This document shows, one piece after another, positions 39,360-53,789 of a DNA stretch of 64,000 nucleotides; position 1 is the first letter of the stretch, and the number at the start of each line of letters is the position of its first letter. A model generated the notes under the pieces. That model made no database searches. It had not been told where the DNA came from and saw nothing but the letters and a program-made list of their open reading frames with translations. The DNA is taken from NCBI GenBank assembly GCA_951406725.2, contig OX597820.1, positions 117,180,001 through 117,244,000 of the forward strand. The letters are read 5' to 3'. Source of the DNA: Octopus vulgaris (lineage: Eukaryota). The position numbers and the translations under genes were made by a program.

Positions 39360-39575
39360 ATGGTGGAAGTGGTGGTGGTGGTGGTGGTGGTGGTTGTGGT
39401 TGTGGTGGTGGTGGCGGTGGTGGTGGTGGTGGTGGTGGCGGTGGTGGCGGTGGTAGCGGTGGTGTCGGTGGAGGTGGTGGCGGTGGTGGCGGCGGTGGAG
39501 GTGGTGGTGGTGGTGGTGGCAGTGGCAGCGGTGGTGGGGGTGGCAGTGGTGGCGGTGGTGGTGGTGGTGGTGATA
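39360..39575. repeat. (GGT/GGC)n microsatellite
   Basis: Direct reading. Confidence 0.95.
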
Positions 39576-39989
39576 GTAGTGATGTAGTGATGATATTTCC
39601 AGCAACAGTGATCATGGTGGTAGTTGAAAAACACAGCAGCAACAGCAGCAACAGCACCAACAGCAGTGGTAGCAGCACAAGCAATTTTTTTCTTCCCCAT
39701 TTTACAATATTTTTCTTCAATAGTTTTTCTTCTTCTTCTTTTTCTTAATATCGAATGTCATTGACCTAATAAATAGAAGCACCGAACCAATGTGCAGAAT
39801 TTTAACCATCATCGGTCAAAAAACTCGAAGAAAAAAAAATGAGTGTAATCTCTGTAAAGTTGGAGAAAAGTTGAACAAAGAAGAGCCGGGTGGACGAGAG
39901 GAGGAGACAGGGTGCAGCGGAGAGCAGAGGATGGTCATAAATCATAGTGCAGCTGCCAGAAAGAGTTGAAAGAGAAGAGAACGGTGCAA

Positions 39990-40019
39990 TGCATCACCAC
40001 CACCACCACCACCACCACC

Positions 40020-40068
<49 letters not shown>

Positions 40069-40330
40069 GTATTGTTGAAGAAAAGAGACAATCTGGGTTT
40101 TTTAAGTTGGAAGCAAAGAGCACCTGTTAAGACTGTAGGTGTTTAAAAAAAGAGCTGAACTGGTAGCAGCAGCAGCAGCAGGAGCAGCAGCAGTAGTAGT
40201 AGTAGTAGTAGAAGACCGTGGTGGTGGTGGTGGTGGTGGTAGTAGTAGTAGTGGTGGTGGTTGATGACAAGGTAGCTGACAATGAGGGTAGCAATGGTGG
40301 TGATGGTGATGGTGATGATGATGCAGTCTG
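39990..40330 (+). repeat. Local duplication, copy 2
   Basis: See 38520-38800. Confidence 0.9.
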
Positions 40331-40490
40331 CTACTACATTGACAGATGGAACAATTAATCAAAGATTACATTTGAAAATATGGCATCAATGTATGTGTTT
40401 ACATGAGTGTGTGAGTGTGTGTGTGTGTGTGTGTACGTGTGTGTGTGCACGTGTGTGTATGGATGTATCTATGTATGTATGTGTGTGTAT

Positions 40491-40536
<46 letters not shown>

Positions 40537-41497
40537 ATGCATGTATCTATGTATGTGTGTGTATGGATATATATATATATATATATAATGTGTGTATGCA
40601 TGTATTTATGTACATATGTATGTGTGTATGTGTGTGTGTGTGTGTACATGTATATATTACTGGGGTCAATTTGTTTGACTAAATCCTTCAACATGGTGCC
40701 CCAACATGGTCACAGTCTAATGACTGACACAAAAAAACGATAAAAGGTACACATGTGTGTGCACACACATACACATGTACATGCACATACACACACACAC
40801 ACACACACACGCACATATGTTGTATTGAAAACATGGCTATTTTCCAGAATAAATTTCTTCTTATCAAGCTTCTGCATATCTTTTCAGTTTGTTCAGAGCA
40901 ATAACATTTTAAAGTCATTTTTATCAACATTTCTGGCCTATCTCAGCCTCATCATTAGGATATGGAGTCGTGTTGGCTTCAGCACTACTTAATTTGTGGT
41001 GGACAACTTATATCTATGCACTTTACTACCAGAATTTGACCTTTAGACTTTCATGTCATCAGACACATAATTTGGCTGTTAGAATTACTCATCAATCATC
41101 TGTTTATCTTGTTTAAATGTTTGTGTGTTGTTTGTGTGTTAAATTTAGCTTTGTGTTGTAATATGAGTTTTGTTTCTAGAATCAATCATCTATTTTTGTG
41201 GGAAATTCTATATTGTACAGGCATATTATCTGTTGATATGCTGTTTTTTTTCTTTTTTTACCCAACTTTGTTTTATGATGTGACATGTGATATGTTGTAA
41301 TTGCTCTTTGTTCTTAATATATGGTTTGACTACAAAAGAAAGTTGTTTCTGTCTGATCAATGTCACAGTTAGAGTCATGAAGTTTACTACTTTCACTTTC
41401 ACTCTTACAGTTAAATTTATAAATTACATACATTTGTCATTTGTAGATTGTCCTCAGGTGTATATGTTTGTGATGTGTTGTTGCTAAGGAGGTTTCT

Positions 41498-41549
<52 letters not shown>

Positions 41550-42191
41550 ACATCATCATCATTTAATGTCTGTTTTCCATTTTAACATTTTTTTCTATAT
41601 TTTATCAGATGATAAAGATAAGCATCTAATTAGAATAAAATAATTTGTCAGCCACACTCTTAATTCTCCCATCCATCCCTTCCTTTCATCTAAAACTAAA
41701 AAATTTATAGCAATAATATAAACACAATATAATGCATTTTTCCAACTGTGTTTATAGTTTTAAAGTTTTTTTTTTTTAAATTCTATAAACAGATTTTTTT
41801 CTTTTTACTGAAAAACAAACCTTAATAGGTAATTTGAAGTTATAAATGGACATTATTGTTTTCCACACGGCGTGAAATTAAGTGGCTTGGAATAAGAAAT
41901 TTTTACAACCATAAAATTGAATATTATATTGTTTATCATATTCTGCAACATTCCACAATCAAGTGTCAAGTATCATTGTTATTAATTTTTAAATCAATTT
42001 TATTGTTGTGAGGGCTGCTATTCACTATTTCTATATGAAATGCTGTTGCTTTCATATGAGCACATGACGTTTAACACCATCCTCTCACCAAAGGTTGACT
42101 GACTGCCTTGTGAGGGAAATTTAATGGAACTGGTAAATGAAAATTGTGCGGAAGTCTACTAGAGGAACTGTTCCTGTTCTTAGGTGATAAA

Positions 42192-42557
42192 TTTAACCAT
42201 TTTGATACCTACCCATTGAGTTCTAGTTCTGATACAAACTTCAAAATTACCTAAATAAAACTTTCCATCAAAGTTTCATGCTAACCTATGCCCCCCAAAC
42301 ACCAGCTTAATAATGACAAAACTTTTTTTACCAAATTCTTCATTATTTCCAATCTTAACTGAAACAAAGGCTGTACATTTCTACAGAAATATGGTAACAA
42401 AAGGATTAAAGTGGACTGAATTAAAACTTTCCATCAAAATTTCATGTGAATTTATACCCCAAACACCAGTTAAATAATAACAGTTATTTTATCAAATTCT
42501 TCATTATTTGTTAATCTTAACTGAAACATGTGCAGTATATCTCTACAGAAGGGTTAA
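42192..42557. mobile_element. TTAA-flanked MITE with a tandem partial duplication
   Basis: TTAACCATTTTG..CAAAAGGATTAA, then a repeat of AAAACTTTCCATCAAA..CTACAGAAGGGTTAA. Related to 19049-19276 in the opposite orientation. Confidence 0.6.
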
Positions 42558-42991
42558 CTCCTTGCCTGGACACTACCTTTGGGTACTTTTAGCAAAGTCC
42601 ACTCTGTTACTAAATTCTGGACTGAGTACAAATTTTTTTCTTTCTTCCCATCTATTTTAGAAACACCTGAAAAGGATCAGGGAACTTTAATTTCTCCTTT
42701 GACCGAGCAATTAAAACCAAAAAAGGGTCGTCTGCCAGGTGTTTATTTAACAACAGATTTTTCTGTTTTTTTTTTTTTGCTAGAATATGAAGAAGATGGA
42801 ACAGGGAAAGATATCAATGACTTAAATTATTTTTAGATGCATAAAGGTATATGAGGAGATGTACTCGTATAGCAAGTGATTTGATCTGAGATCGTGTGCT
42901 GGAACGAAAACAATTGCAGCATGGAAGGTGTTTGTAAGCCATTTAAGAAACACCCAAAAGCCGTTCGATTCACTTCAACATTTAAGTTTAA

Positions 42992-43041
42992 TTTGTCAAA
43001 ATATTTTCGTCGCTAAAATCCGTGACCTGTTCACTGACAAA
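42992..43041 (-). ncRNA. Minimal hammerhead motif with G3-C8 core variant (H3)
   Basis: UUUGUCA-GUGAACA-G-GUCAC-GGAUUUUA-GCGAC-GAA-AAUAUU-U-UGACAAA. Confidence 0.7.
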
Positions 43042-43063
43042 AATCCGAGATGCTGCATGGATT

Positions 43064-43114
43064 TTTGTCAGTGAACAGGTCGCGGTCTTAAAGCGCTGAA
43101 AATATTTTGACAAA
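43064..43114 (+). ncRNA. Minimal hammerhead motif with G3-C8 core variant (H3)
   Basis: UUUGUCA-GUGAACA-G-GUCGC-GGUCUUAAA-GCGCU-GAA-AAUAUU-U-UGACAAA. Confidence 0.68.
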
Positions 43115-43387
43115 TTAAACTTAAATGTTGAAGTGTATCGAACGGTTTTTGTGTGTTTCTTAAATGACTTACAAACACCTTCCACGCTGCAAAGGTATTT
43201 GAGATTTGTAGGAAAGGGTAAATGAGATTCTCTATCATGTGTTCAATTCCGAGGTGAAACACCAAATATTGGTTTCTAACATTGATACAAGACCGTAACT
43301 TGACAGAAGCAGATTTAGTTATGTCAGTCGCAGTTCTTGGCTGGTTCTCTATGTTGTTGACTCTGGAATGGTGAAAGACAGAATTAG

Positions 43388-43750
43388 GTTCAGGCATGGC
43401 CGTGTGGTAAAGAAGATCGTTTTGCAACTGCATGGTTCTGGATTCAGTCCCACAGCACAGCACCTCAGGTGCACATCATCTACTATAGTTCTGGGCCAAC
43501 CAACACCTTGTAAGTGAATTTGTTGACAGAACCCTGTTGCACATATTTATATATGTGTATATATGTGTATGTCTTTGTGTTTGTCTCTCATCACCTTTGC
43601 TTGACAACTCGTGTTCCCTTGTTCACATCCCTATAACTTAGGGGCTCAGTAAAAACAAAAGATCAAATGAAATAAGTCCTAGAGTTGATTTGTTTGACTA
43701 AAATCATTCAAATATGGCCACAGTCCAAAACCTTAAACAAGTAAAACGTA
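43388..43750 (+). mobile_element. Old SINE family A copy, followed by a young 3' fragment at 43771-43920 (minus) and (CA)n to 44066
   Basis: CAGGCATGGCCGTGTGGTAAAG..GGATTCAGTCCCACAG head and family A tail. Confidence 0.75.
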
Positions 43751-43962
43751 AGAGGTGTACAATTTTTTGTTTACTCTTTTACTCTTTTACTTGTTTCAGT
43801 CATTTGACTGCGGCCATGCTGGAGCACTGCCTTTAGTCGAGCAAATCGACCCCGGGACTTATTCTTTGTAAGCCCAGTACTTATTCTATCGGTCTCTTTT
43901 GCCAAACCGCTAAGTGACTTAAAACACACAGACACACACAGACACACACACACACACACAGA

Positions 43963-44067
<105 letters not shown>

Positions 44068-44959
44068 GTACTGGAATAGATTTGTTCGCCTAGAAAGCCC
44101 TTCAAGGCAGAGCCCCAGCTGGGCTGCAGTCAAATGACTGAAAGAAATAAAAAAAAAAATAATAAAAGATACAAAAGGCTTCTACACAGTTTCCATCAAC
44201 CAAATTCCACTCATTTAGTGTTGGTTAACCTGAGATTATTGAAAAAGATATTTTGCCCAAAGTGGTGTGCAGTGAGATTGAACCTGCAACAGCATGGCTG
44301 TGGAATGAGCCTATTAACCACACAACCATGCCTTTGATTATAAGGTCTGCTTGATCAGAACATGTCTGGGGTTAATCAACAACAGCTAATTTTATTATTG
44401 AAACCATGGAGCATGACAGATCATGTGACTCAGGGAGGAACTGCCATGTGGCTCAGTCGTTCAATAGTTTGCCATCATGCACTGGAAACCTGTTTGATGG
44501 AGTTCAACTTCAGTCTCTTCCTCATTCCTTTGTGCCTAATAAGTACCAGATGCCAACGAGGATTGAGTGTATCACGGTTGTAGATTACCAGTAAATATTT
44601 CAAAGGAGTCAACCCTTGAAATCATCAGTTTTTGTGTTCATTGATGCGTGAACAGACTCTGGCTGCTTTCACATTCTCTCTTTCTCTACTTGTTGGCTAA
44701 TTCTCTTATCCATTGATGCAAAAAGATGGGGAGTTAAGCCTATTGACTCATTACACCAGGGCTACACCAGATAAAGCTAAACAACATGTGCATATATATA
44801 TGTGTGTGTGTGTGTATGTGTGTGTTGATACATGTATATATATCATCATATCATCATCATCATCATCATCATCATCATTTAATGTCAGTTTATGTATGTA
44901 TATGCATGTGTGTATACACATTTGTACACACATGCACAGAAATATATATAGGCATTTAT

Positions 44960-44965
44960 ATATAC

Positions 44966-45005
<40 letters not shown>

Positions 45006-45007
45006 TA

Positions 45008-45075
<68 letters not shown>

Positions 45076-45076
45076 T

Positions 45077-45135
<59 letters not shown>
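44960..45135. repeat. (TA)n microsatellite
   Basis: Direct reading. Confidence 0.95.
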
Positions 45136-45139
<4 letters not shown>

Positions 45140-45399
45140 GTCTGCTTGGTTTCAGCTTAACAAGAGCATTATTTCTCTTATTTTGCTACTACATTTTTGC
45201 TAAGAATCTCTCTACACTGTTGAAAATTGCATATACACTCTTCTCTCCCCCTGTAGTGGGACACTGTGTCTGCAGAATGCTAGTCTCTCTCTCTCTCTCT
45301 CTCTCTTCCCCTCTCTCCCTCTCTCTTTCTCCCTCTCCCCCTCTTCTGGGTCTTCTTCTGCTGCTTCAATTAAAAATTCACCAGAGTGAATATATCTGC

Positions 45400-45680
45400 A
45401 CGAGGCCTAGTGGTTAGACTTGTTGCACTCACAATTGTGAGATCCTGGGTTCAATTCCCCGACTGTGTTCTTCAGCAAGACACCTCATTTCACTCAGTCC
45501 ACCCAGCTGTAAACAAGTGATCCCGTGATGGACAAGTCTTATGATCAGGAGGAATGTTGGCCAGCTCACCTATCCAGTGGCATAGCATCATTTGAAAGCT
45601 AAAGAAACGATAGAAAGTGCACTGTGACCAGTGATGTACAACAACATCTGATAGTCTGGTTGGTTATGTTATCATATGAT
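45400..45680 (+). mobile_element. tRNA-derived SINE, family C
   Basis: GGCCTAGTGGTTAGAC..GGGTTCAATTCCCC. Confidence 0.7.
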
Positions 45681-45962
45681 CTACCATTTTAGCATCCACA
45701 GATCCTGTGCATGACATATTTTTCACTACATTTTCTCAGGGGTCACATACCAAGATGTCTGCTGAGGGGAATTATTATTACTTTCATTATATTACTCTTC
45801 TGGGGTCAGTAAAATGAAATAGATGCCAGTCAAACATTGGGGTCAATGTAATTGACTCCCCCTCCCTTCAAAAACTGCTGCCCTGTGCCAAAATTTGAAA
45901 TCATTCTTACTGTTTTTGCTATTATGTAGTAAAGCATCTCTTGCCAACTTGCTAAGGTCAGT

Positions 45963-46347
45963 TATGAAAGGCTATCAAGACCTAACACCCAGAAAAACTA
46001 ATGGATGGGGGTCTAGTTTCAGCACACAATGCTTCAGCACACAACTCCTTGGTTTCAATGGTTGCCGTGCGTGACAGGCTTTGAACTGGTTGATTACCCC
46101 TCCCTCTGTCAGTGATTTGGTTCCATCTGGTTATCATCCGTTTCCCAACATAGAAAAACACTCGGCTGGACACCAGCATCACTGTGATGATGGCGTCTTA
46201 TCTCCTGTTGATGACCATTTGGACCAACATTACTTATGGAAGTGTGTGGACAATGAGAGAGGAACCACATTAAAAAATGAACTTCATTTGGTCACATTCC
46301 ATGAGAGTGTCTTGCTCAGCCTATCAACATTTCAGCCAACGCTCATA
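45963..46347 (+). mobile_element. Internally deleted mariner remnant
   Basis: PSVSDLVPSGYHPFPNIEKHSAG (YSPDLAPSDYHLF-like), WKCVD, and terminal TTTCAGCCAACGCTCATA. Confidence 0.7.
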
Positions 46348-46909
46348 ATGATAAAAAATATTATTATTATACCCGCATTTGCTTTAATGTTAACATTGAA
46401 AAAAATCCGCATTTTCCATTAAAAAATTTGGGTCAAGGTTTGTACCCCCTAAGTAAATTTTGTTGCTGGGCCACTGTGTCCCTGAGTGTTAGACATATGG
46501 AGTTCAAAAAGTGCACAAGGCTGAAGGCAACACCATCATAGCTATTTTGTGGAGCAGAGGGGATGACCATGGTACATTGAATAAACAGGCGGAATCAATA
46601 TTTTTGGAGTTTTGTGAAAAAGAAAAAAATTATGTCCATCTTCATCTGTGAGATAAAAATTGAAACTGTGTTGTTATGAATCAAACCTGATGTCCACATA
46701 ACCATTCTTGTCTCTATGTTTTATCTACATACACACGTTTGTATACAGCAATTGATGTTTGTATAAGATTACTTAAACAAACGTAAGAGTAATGTAGTGA
46801 AAGATGGACACAGCAGCTTCTTTATTAATTGGAATTTTCTGTCTTGGTTGGAGAAAGAAAATAAAACATTTGTAGGTGTACCTGTGTCACACTTTATCTC
46901 TTTTATGAA

Positions 46910-47180
<271 letters not shown>

Positions 47181-47804
47181 ACACGTGTGTGTTTCCACAT
47201 TTACATGAATGTTTGCATATACGTATGTGTAGCTATGTTTATATTTATGTATGCAGGTATGTGTGTATGTGAATGCGTGTATGTATATTTGTATGTATGT
47301 ATGTAGGTTTGTATGCGTACATATACCTATGTATATATGTATGTATATGCGTAAGAATGTGTGTGTGTGTGTGTATGCAGATGTTTTCCATTGAGATTAT
47401 CTCAGTTGAAGCTGATCACAAACAATATAAGGATTTTTTTTTTTTGGTTGCAGTCCATATTTGTGAATACATGAGTGGGTGTATATATACCCACAAATAT
47501 ACACATGTGAGTAAATGCAAGCTTATATTTATGGGTGTGTGTGTGTGTTGGTGTATTTGTTTGGATGTTATTAGTGTTTGTATCATTTTCGTAGACGAAC
47601 CATGGAAAACAGACATTACATGGAAAGGATGATGGTGTGTGTGTGTGTGTGTGTGTATTAATGTTTGGGTTTATGCTGAGTTATAAAAAAAAACGATTTA
47701 ACACTGAACTGTAATATTCTTGAATAATTTTTTTTTTTGAAGATTACATATTATTCCTTAATAAGAAACTGTGAAGTCATTGCCACCACTCTCCTTCAAA
47801 AGTC

Positions 47805-48776
<972 letters not shown>

Positions 48777-48778
<2 letters not shown>

Positions 48779-49968
48779 GGATGTGTAAAATATTTGAGGA
48801 TATATTTATGTTTATAAAAAAACAGATGTATAATAACATATAATACCTTTATTTATTAATGCTATGAGGATAAAAATAAATCTTCTTTTCTGTAATGTTA
48901 TTCAATAAAGCCACCTTCAACTTCAACAACTGCTTCTATATGAGATCTAAATCATCTACATGCTCAAATCAAGTGGTCCTGGTTCATTTTGGACATTACT
49001 CTGACTATGGCAGATTTCAAAGAATCTTTGATGTTATGGGCATGTTCATTGACCTCTCTCTCAATAACACTCCACATGTAATAGTCCAATGGATTGGGAT
49101 CTGGGGAATTAGGAGGCCAAATGCTAGGGGTCATGCGATCATGAAAATTTTCAACCATCCATTCCTGTATTACTAGAACCATGTGCGATAGTGCAGAGTC
49201 TTACTGAAACACACATGGCCTTCCATTGCATACACTGTCTATCCAGGGCTTAACAATTATTTTCAGGACCTCAATGTAGGTGGCAGAGTTAACTCTAAGG
49301 CCTTGTGGAAAGAAGTAAGGAGGCATCACATGTCCTTCATTGCTGACAACCCCTAAAACCATGACAGTTGCAGGAAATTTTGTATGCATAACACTTGGAA
49401 CTTCAGAAGGGTCTACACATAATCATCTGTCATTTCTTCTGTTAACTTTTTTATCTTGGTTAAGTTTTTCTCATTTGAGAAAAACCAAATCAAATCTTTT
49501 GCTGAATGTTTCAGTTTGTTTAAGAGCCTTTTAGATCTGATGTAATGATTTTCTTTTGCTTTTCTGACAAACTGACCTTTCCTCATCACATTTCTGACTG
49601 TTCCTTCTGACACATGGAGATCTTTTGCAGTTGACCTCATGGACTTTCTGGGATTGTAATCAATGGTCTGTTGAACTTGCCAGATAAATTCGGGTGTTCT
49701 GATGATTTCAGAGCATTAAGAATGCTTTTTATGCCTTGGTGATACATTTCTATCTTCAGTCTCTAGCTCCTTACAAACTTTGTAGATAAAAATCAGAAAT
49801 ATTTCTAAATCGCTATGCTCAGCCTTTATAACTGCAATAACAGAATGCCTCTTCATTTCTTGAGTAAGCTGAAGGTCTGGCATTATTATTTTCTGAAACA
49901 AAGATTATACAGAGTTATCAAAAAATGCAGCAATGACCCCAAAAAGGTATGTCCTCAAATATCTTATA
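48777..49968 (-). mobile_element. Tc1/mariner-superfamily maT (DD37D-type) transposon, decayed
   Basis: TKFPATVMVLGVVSNEG..VFQ*DSA..H and WPPNSPDPNPLDYYMW. TIR cores AATATTTGAGGATATA / TATGTCCTCAAATATC. Inserted in TA repeats. Confidence 0.88.
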
Positions 49969-50142
49969 TATATATATATAATGGCTTATTTTAGTTTCAC
50001 TCTACTAAATCCACTCCCAAGGTGCCACATAGTGAGACTGAACCCGGGACCTTGTAGTTGGGAAGCAGTCTTCTCTCCACACGACCATGCCTGCATCTAC
50101 ATATATAGATATAGATACATATATACATATAATATGTGTGTG

Positions 50143-50177
<35 letters not shown>

Positions 50178-50244
50178 ATTTCCAGATTCAGTGTCCCGAT
50201 CCAAATGTAAGCAATTCCAAACCAAAACAAAACACTTCTATTAG

Positions 50245-50421
<177 letters not shown>

Positions 50422-50526
50422 TCAAACAAGTATTGTTGGTGGTGATGACTGTGTGGGTGATTATTTTATAGTGATGGTCATGGTTCATACCAGTGACGGT
50501 GATGAGATAAATATCTTTTTGTTTTT

Positions 50527-50593
<67 letters not shown>

Positions 50594-50809
50594 CACTTGT
50601 ATCACGGGCACCATCAATAGAATTATCGCCCTCACAGTCATCATTACCACCAATATAAACACCACTGCTGCTGCTACTACTACTACTACTACTATATAGT
50701 CTCATACACACACACCCGCACCCACATGCCTATATCTGTGTCACATTTCGTTGTCTTTTTTACATCTGAAAGAAGCACCAATTCCCAAATTTCTGCTTCT
50801 TCCAACGTG

Positions 50810-50848
<39 letters not shown>

Positions 50849-51448
50849 CTCTCTCTCTCTTTCTTTCTCTCTCTCTCTCCATCTCTCTCCATCTCTCTCT
50901 CTCCATCTCTCTCTCTTTCTCCATCTCTGTCTTTCTCTCTCTCCATCTCTCTCTTTCTTTCTTCTCTCTCTCTCTCTTTCTTTCTCTCTCTCTCTCCATC
51001 TCTCTCCATCTCTCTCTCTTTCTCCATCTCTGTCTTTCTCTCTCTCCATCTCTCTCTTTCTCTCTTTCTCTCCATCTCTCTCTCTTTCTCTCTCTTCTTC
51101 TCTATCTCTTTCTCCCTCTCTTCTTCTTTCTTTCGCCAAATCCATCTCCATCTTTCCAACTCTCTCTCTCTTTCCTACCATCTCTCTCTCGCTCAATATC
51201 TCTTCATCTCTCTCTCCATCTCTCTCTTTCTCTCCATCTCTCTCTCTTTTCTCTCTCTCCATCTCTCTCTCTCTCTCATCTCTCTTTCTCTTTCTCTCCA
51301 TCTCTCTCTTTCTCTCTCTCTCCATCTCTCTCTTTCTCTCTCTCTCCATCTCTCTCTCTCCATCTCTCTCTCCATCTCTCTCTCTCCATCTCATCTCTCT
51401 TTCTCTCTCTCTCTCTCTCTCCATCTCTGTCTTTCTCCATCTCTCTCA
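50810..51448. repeat. Long (CT)n/CTCCAT polypyrimidine tract
   Basis: Direct reading. Confidence 0.95.
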
Positions 51449-51857
51449 TAAGTCGTCTACAGATAAAATTAACGTTCCATGAAATTCCAAGATTTGTCTT
51501 GTGAGAGGTGCAAACGAAAACCCACCACGAAGAGCTCAACCGACCAGAAATCAATAAAAACTCACTGACAAACCCCACCACATGGATAAACAACTTCCTA
51601 CAAAAATAGGGGACACTTCCAATTCCTGAAATATTCACCAGAGCAAACTTGGCAAATAGTAAATTGTTGTTCCTCTTTTAATTCATGGTTTTTGTTGGGT
51701 TTTTTTTTTTTTGCTTTTTTTTGTGGTAGACTTTGATTTATTCTTTTGGCCACTGGACTTCACTTCACCCCCCCCCCCAAACACCCCCACCCCACACATT
51801 CTTTTATTTTTGCAATTCTTATGTGTTAATTCTCTAATTAGATAAATAGGAGTCTCT

Positions 51858-52535
51858 TTGTGTGTGTATGTGCATGCGTGTGTGCATGCGTGTTCGTGTG
51901 TGCATGCATATGTGTGTGTGTGCATGGCTATGTGTATGTGTGCATGCACATGTGTGTGTACATGTGTATGTGTGTGTGCATGCATGTGCATGTGCATGTA
52001 TGTGTGTACGTGCATATGCATGTGTGCACATACATGTGCATGTGTGTGCATGTACATGTGTGCACATGTGCATGTGTGTGCATGTGCATGGATATGTGTG
52101 TGTGCATGTGTATGTGTGTGCATGCATGTGTGTGTGCATGTGCATGTGTGTGCATGTGTGTGCGTGTGCATGTGCATGTTTGTGTGTGTGCATGTGTGTA
52201 TGCATGCATGTGTGTGTGCATGTGTGTGCGTGTGCATGTGTGTGCGTGTTTGTGTGTGTGTGTGTGCATGTGTGTATGCATGCATGTGTGTGTGCATGTG
52301 TGTGCGTGTGCATGTGTGTGCGTGTTTGTGTGTGTGTGTGTGCATGTGTGTATGCATGCATGTGTGTGTGCATGTGTGTGCGTGTGCATGTGCGTGTTTG
52401 TGTGTGTGTGTGTGTGTGTGCATGTGTGTATGCATGCATGTGTGTGTGCATGTGTGTGCGTGTGCATGTGCGTGTTTGTGTGTGTGTGTGTGTGCATGTG
52501 TGTATGCATGCATGTGTGTGCATACATATGTGCAT
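51858..52535. repeat. (TG/CA) alternating purine-pyrimidine tract with higher-order repeats of about 60-70 bp
   Basis: Recurrent GTGCATGTGTGTATGCATGCATGTGTGTGTGCATG blocks. Confidence 0.92.
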
Positions 52536-52639
52536 GAAAGAAACAGTAGTAAAATGAGAGTGAAAGGAAGAGTGAGAGGATAGACGTTGTTAAGCCCTCA
52601 AAGGGTCATTGACTGCTGTGTTTAGCATTATATTAGGCC

Positions 52640-53172
52640 AGAGACCTCTGGAGATATGCAGTGATTGAGAAGACCCAGCAAGTAAAGTGAGGTCACAACC
52701 ATAGCCTATACCAGTGTCGCATAACCGACCCATTTAAAAAGTACCCTTGAATCATAGGGCGACACGCCATGCTTGTGGAGACCTGTTGTGTCTAGTAAAA
52801 TCAAAAATGGAAATTGTAGCTGTGGCTGATACCAGTGCCACCTGCCTGGCTCTCAAGCTTGAGGCACACAATAAGCACCATTCATGCGTAGGTTGTTGCC
52901 AGTGCCACCTGACTGGCTCCCCATGCTGGTGGCACGTGAAATGTACTATCTGAACGTGGTGGTCGATGCAAGCCCCCCCTGCCCTAACTGACTCCAATGC
53001 CCGGCAGTACATAAAAAGCACCATCTGAACATGGCCGATCCCAGTGCCGCGGTATCCAGCTGTAAAAACCTTGCCAGACCAGACTGGAGCCTGGTGCAGC
53101 CTCCTGGATTGCCAGTCCCCAGTCAAACCGTCCAACCCATGCCAGCATGGAAAACAGATGTTAAACGATGAT
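52640..53172 (+). mobile_element. RTE 3' end/UTR copy
   Basis: AGAGACCTCTGGAGATATGCAGTGATTGAGAAGACCCAGCAAG, tandem units and the tail. Confidence 0.85.
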
Positions 53173-53789
53173 GAGGAGATTTTCCTGCTCTCCCCACGGT
53201 GAGTTCAAATGCTGCCAAGGTTGACTTTACCTTCTGTCCTTCCAGGGTTGATAAAATAAGTACCAGTTGAGCACTGAGGTCAATGTAATTGACTAGCCCT
53301 GCCACGCCACCCTCACCCCCCAAAAAATTTGGAGCCTTGTGCCCCTATTGTGGAAAGAATTATGATAAGCTAGTAGACTCGTTAGCATGCCAGGCTAAAT
53401 GCTTGGTTGTATTTCACCCGTCATTACACTCTGAGATCAAATTCCACTGAGGTCAACTTTGCCTTTCACTTTTTTGGGGGTTGATAAATTAAGTACCAGT
53501 GAGACACTGGGGGTTGATTCATCGACACATCTTCTCCCCCAAAATGCCTGTTCTTGTGGCAAAATTTGAAACCATTATTATTGTTTTGACTCAGGTTCAT
53601 TCTTATTCCTGGTGAAATTTGTGTGGGTAGCAGGTTACTACCTGTAACCTTAGGTATCCACAATCTTTCAGAAGTCTTTCGAATGCTTAAGCCCCCACCT
53701 CCACGCCTGATGATCTTTCCTGTCCCTTAGAAGGCAAACTTTCCATAGAAGCTCTGAAGGACATTCTATTCCAACCTCTTTCGACCATT

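Larger units (their letters stand above)
42845..43192. mobile_element. Palindromic (pseudo-LTR-like) element, hammerhead family H3
   Basis: Arms 42913-43046 and 43059-43192 (about 134 bp) are reverse complements around a 12-bp spacer. The left side extends about 70 bp further. Confidence 0.85.

Noticed and set aside
42913-43192. MITE or pre-miRNA explanation for the palindrome
   Set aside because: No TSD or TIR signature at the outer ends, the arms are asymmetric in extent, and hammerhead motifs sit in both arms. A PLE-type inverted pLTR fits better, though hairpin-derived small RNAs remain possible.
46365-46600. Helentron/DINE-like element starting TTATTATACCCGC
   Set aside because: Single copy in the window, and the subterminal inverted repeats and 3' hairpin are not convincing.
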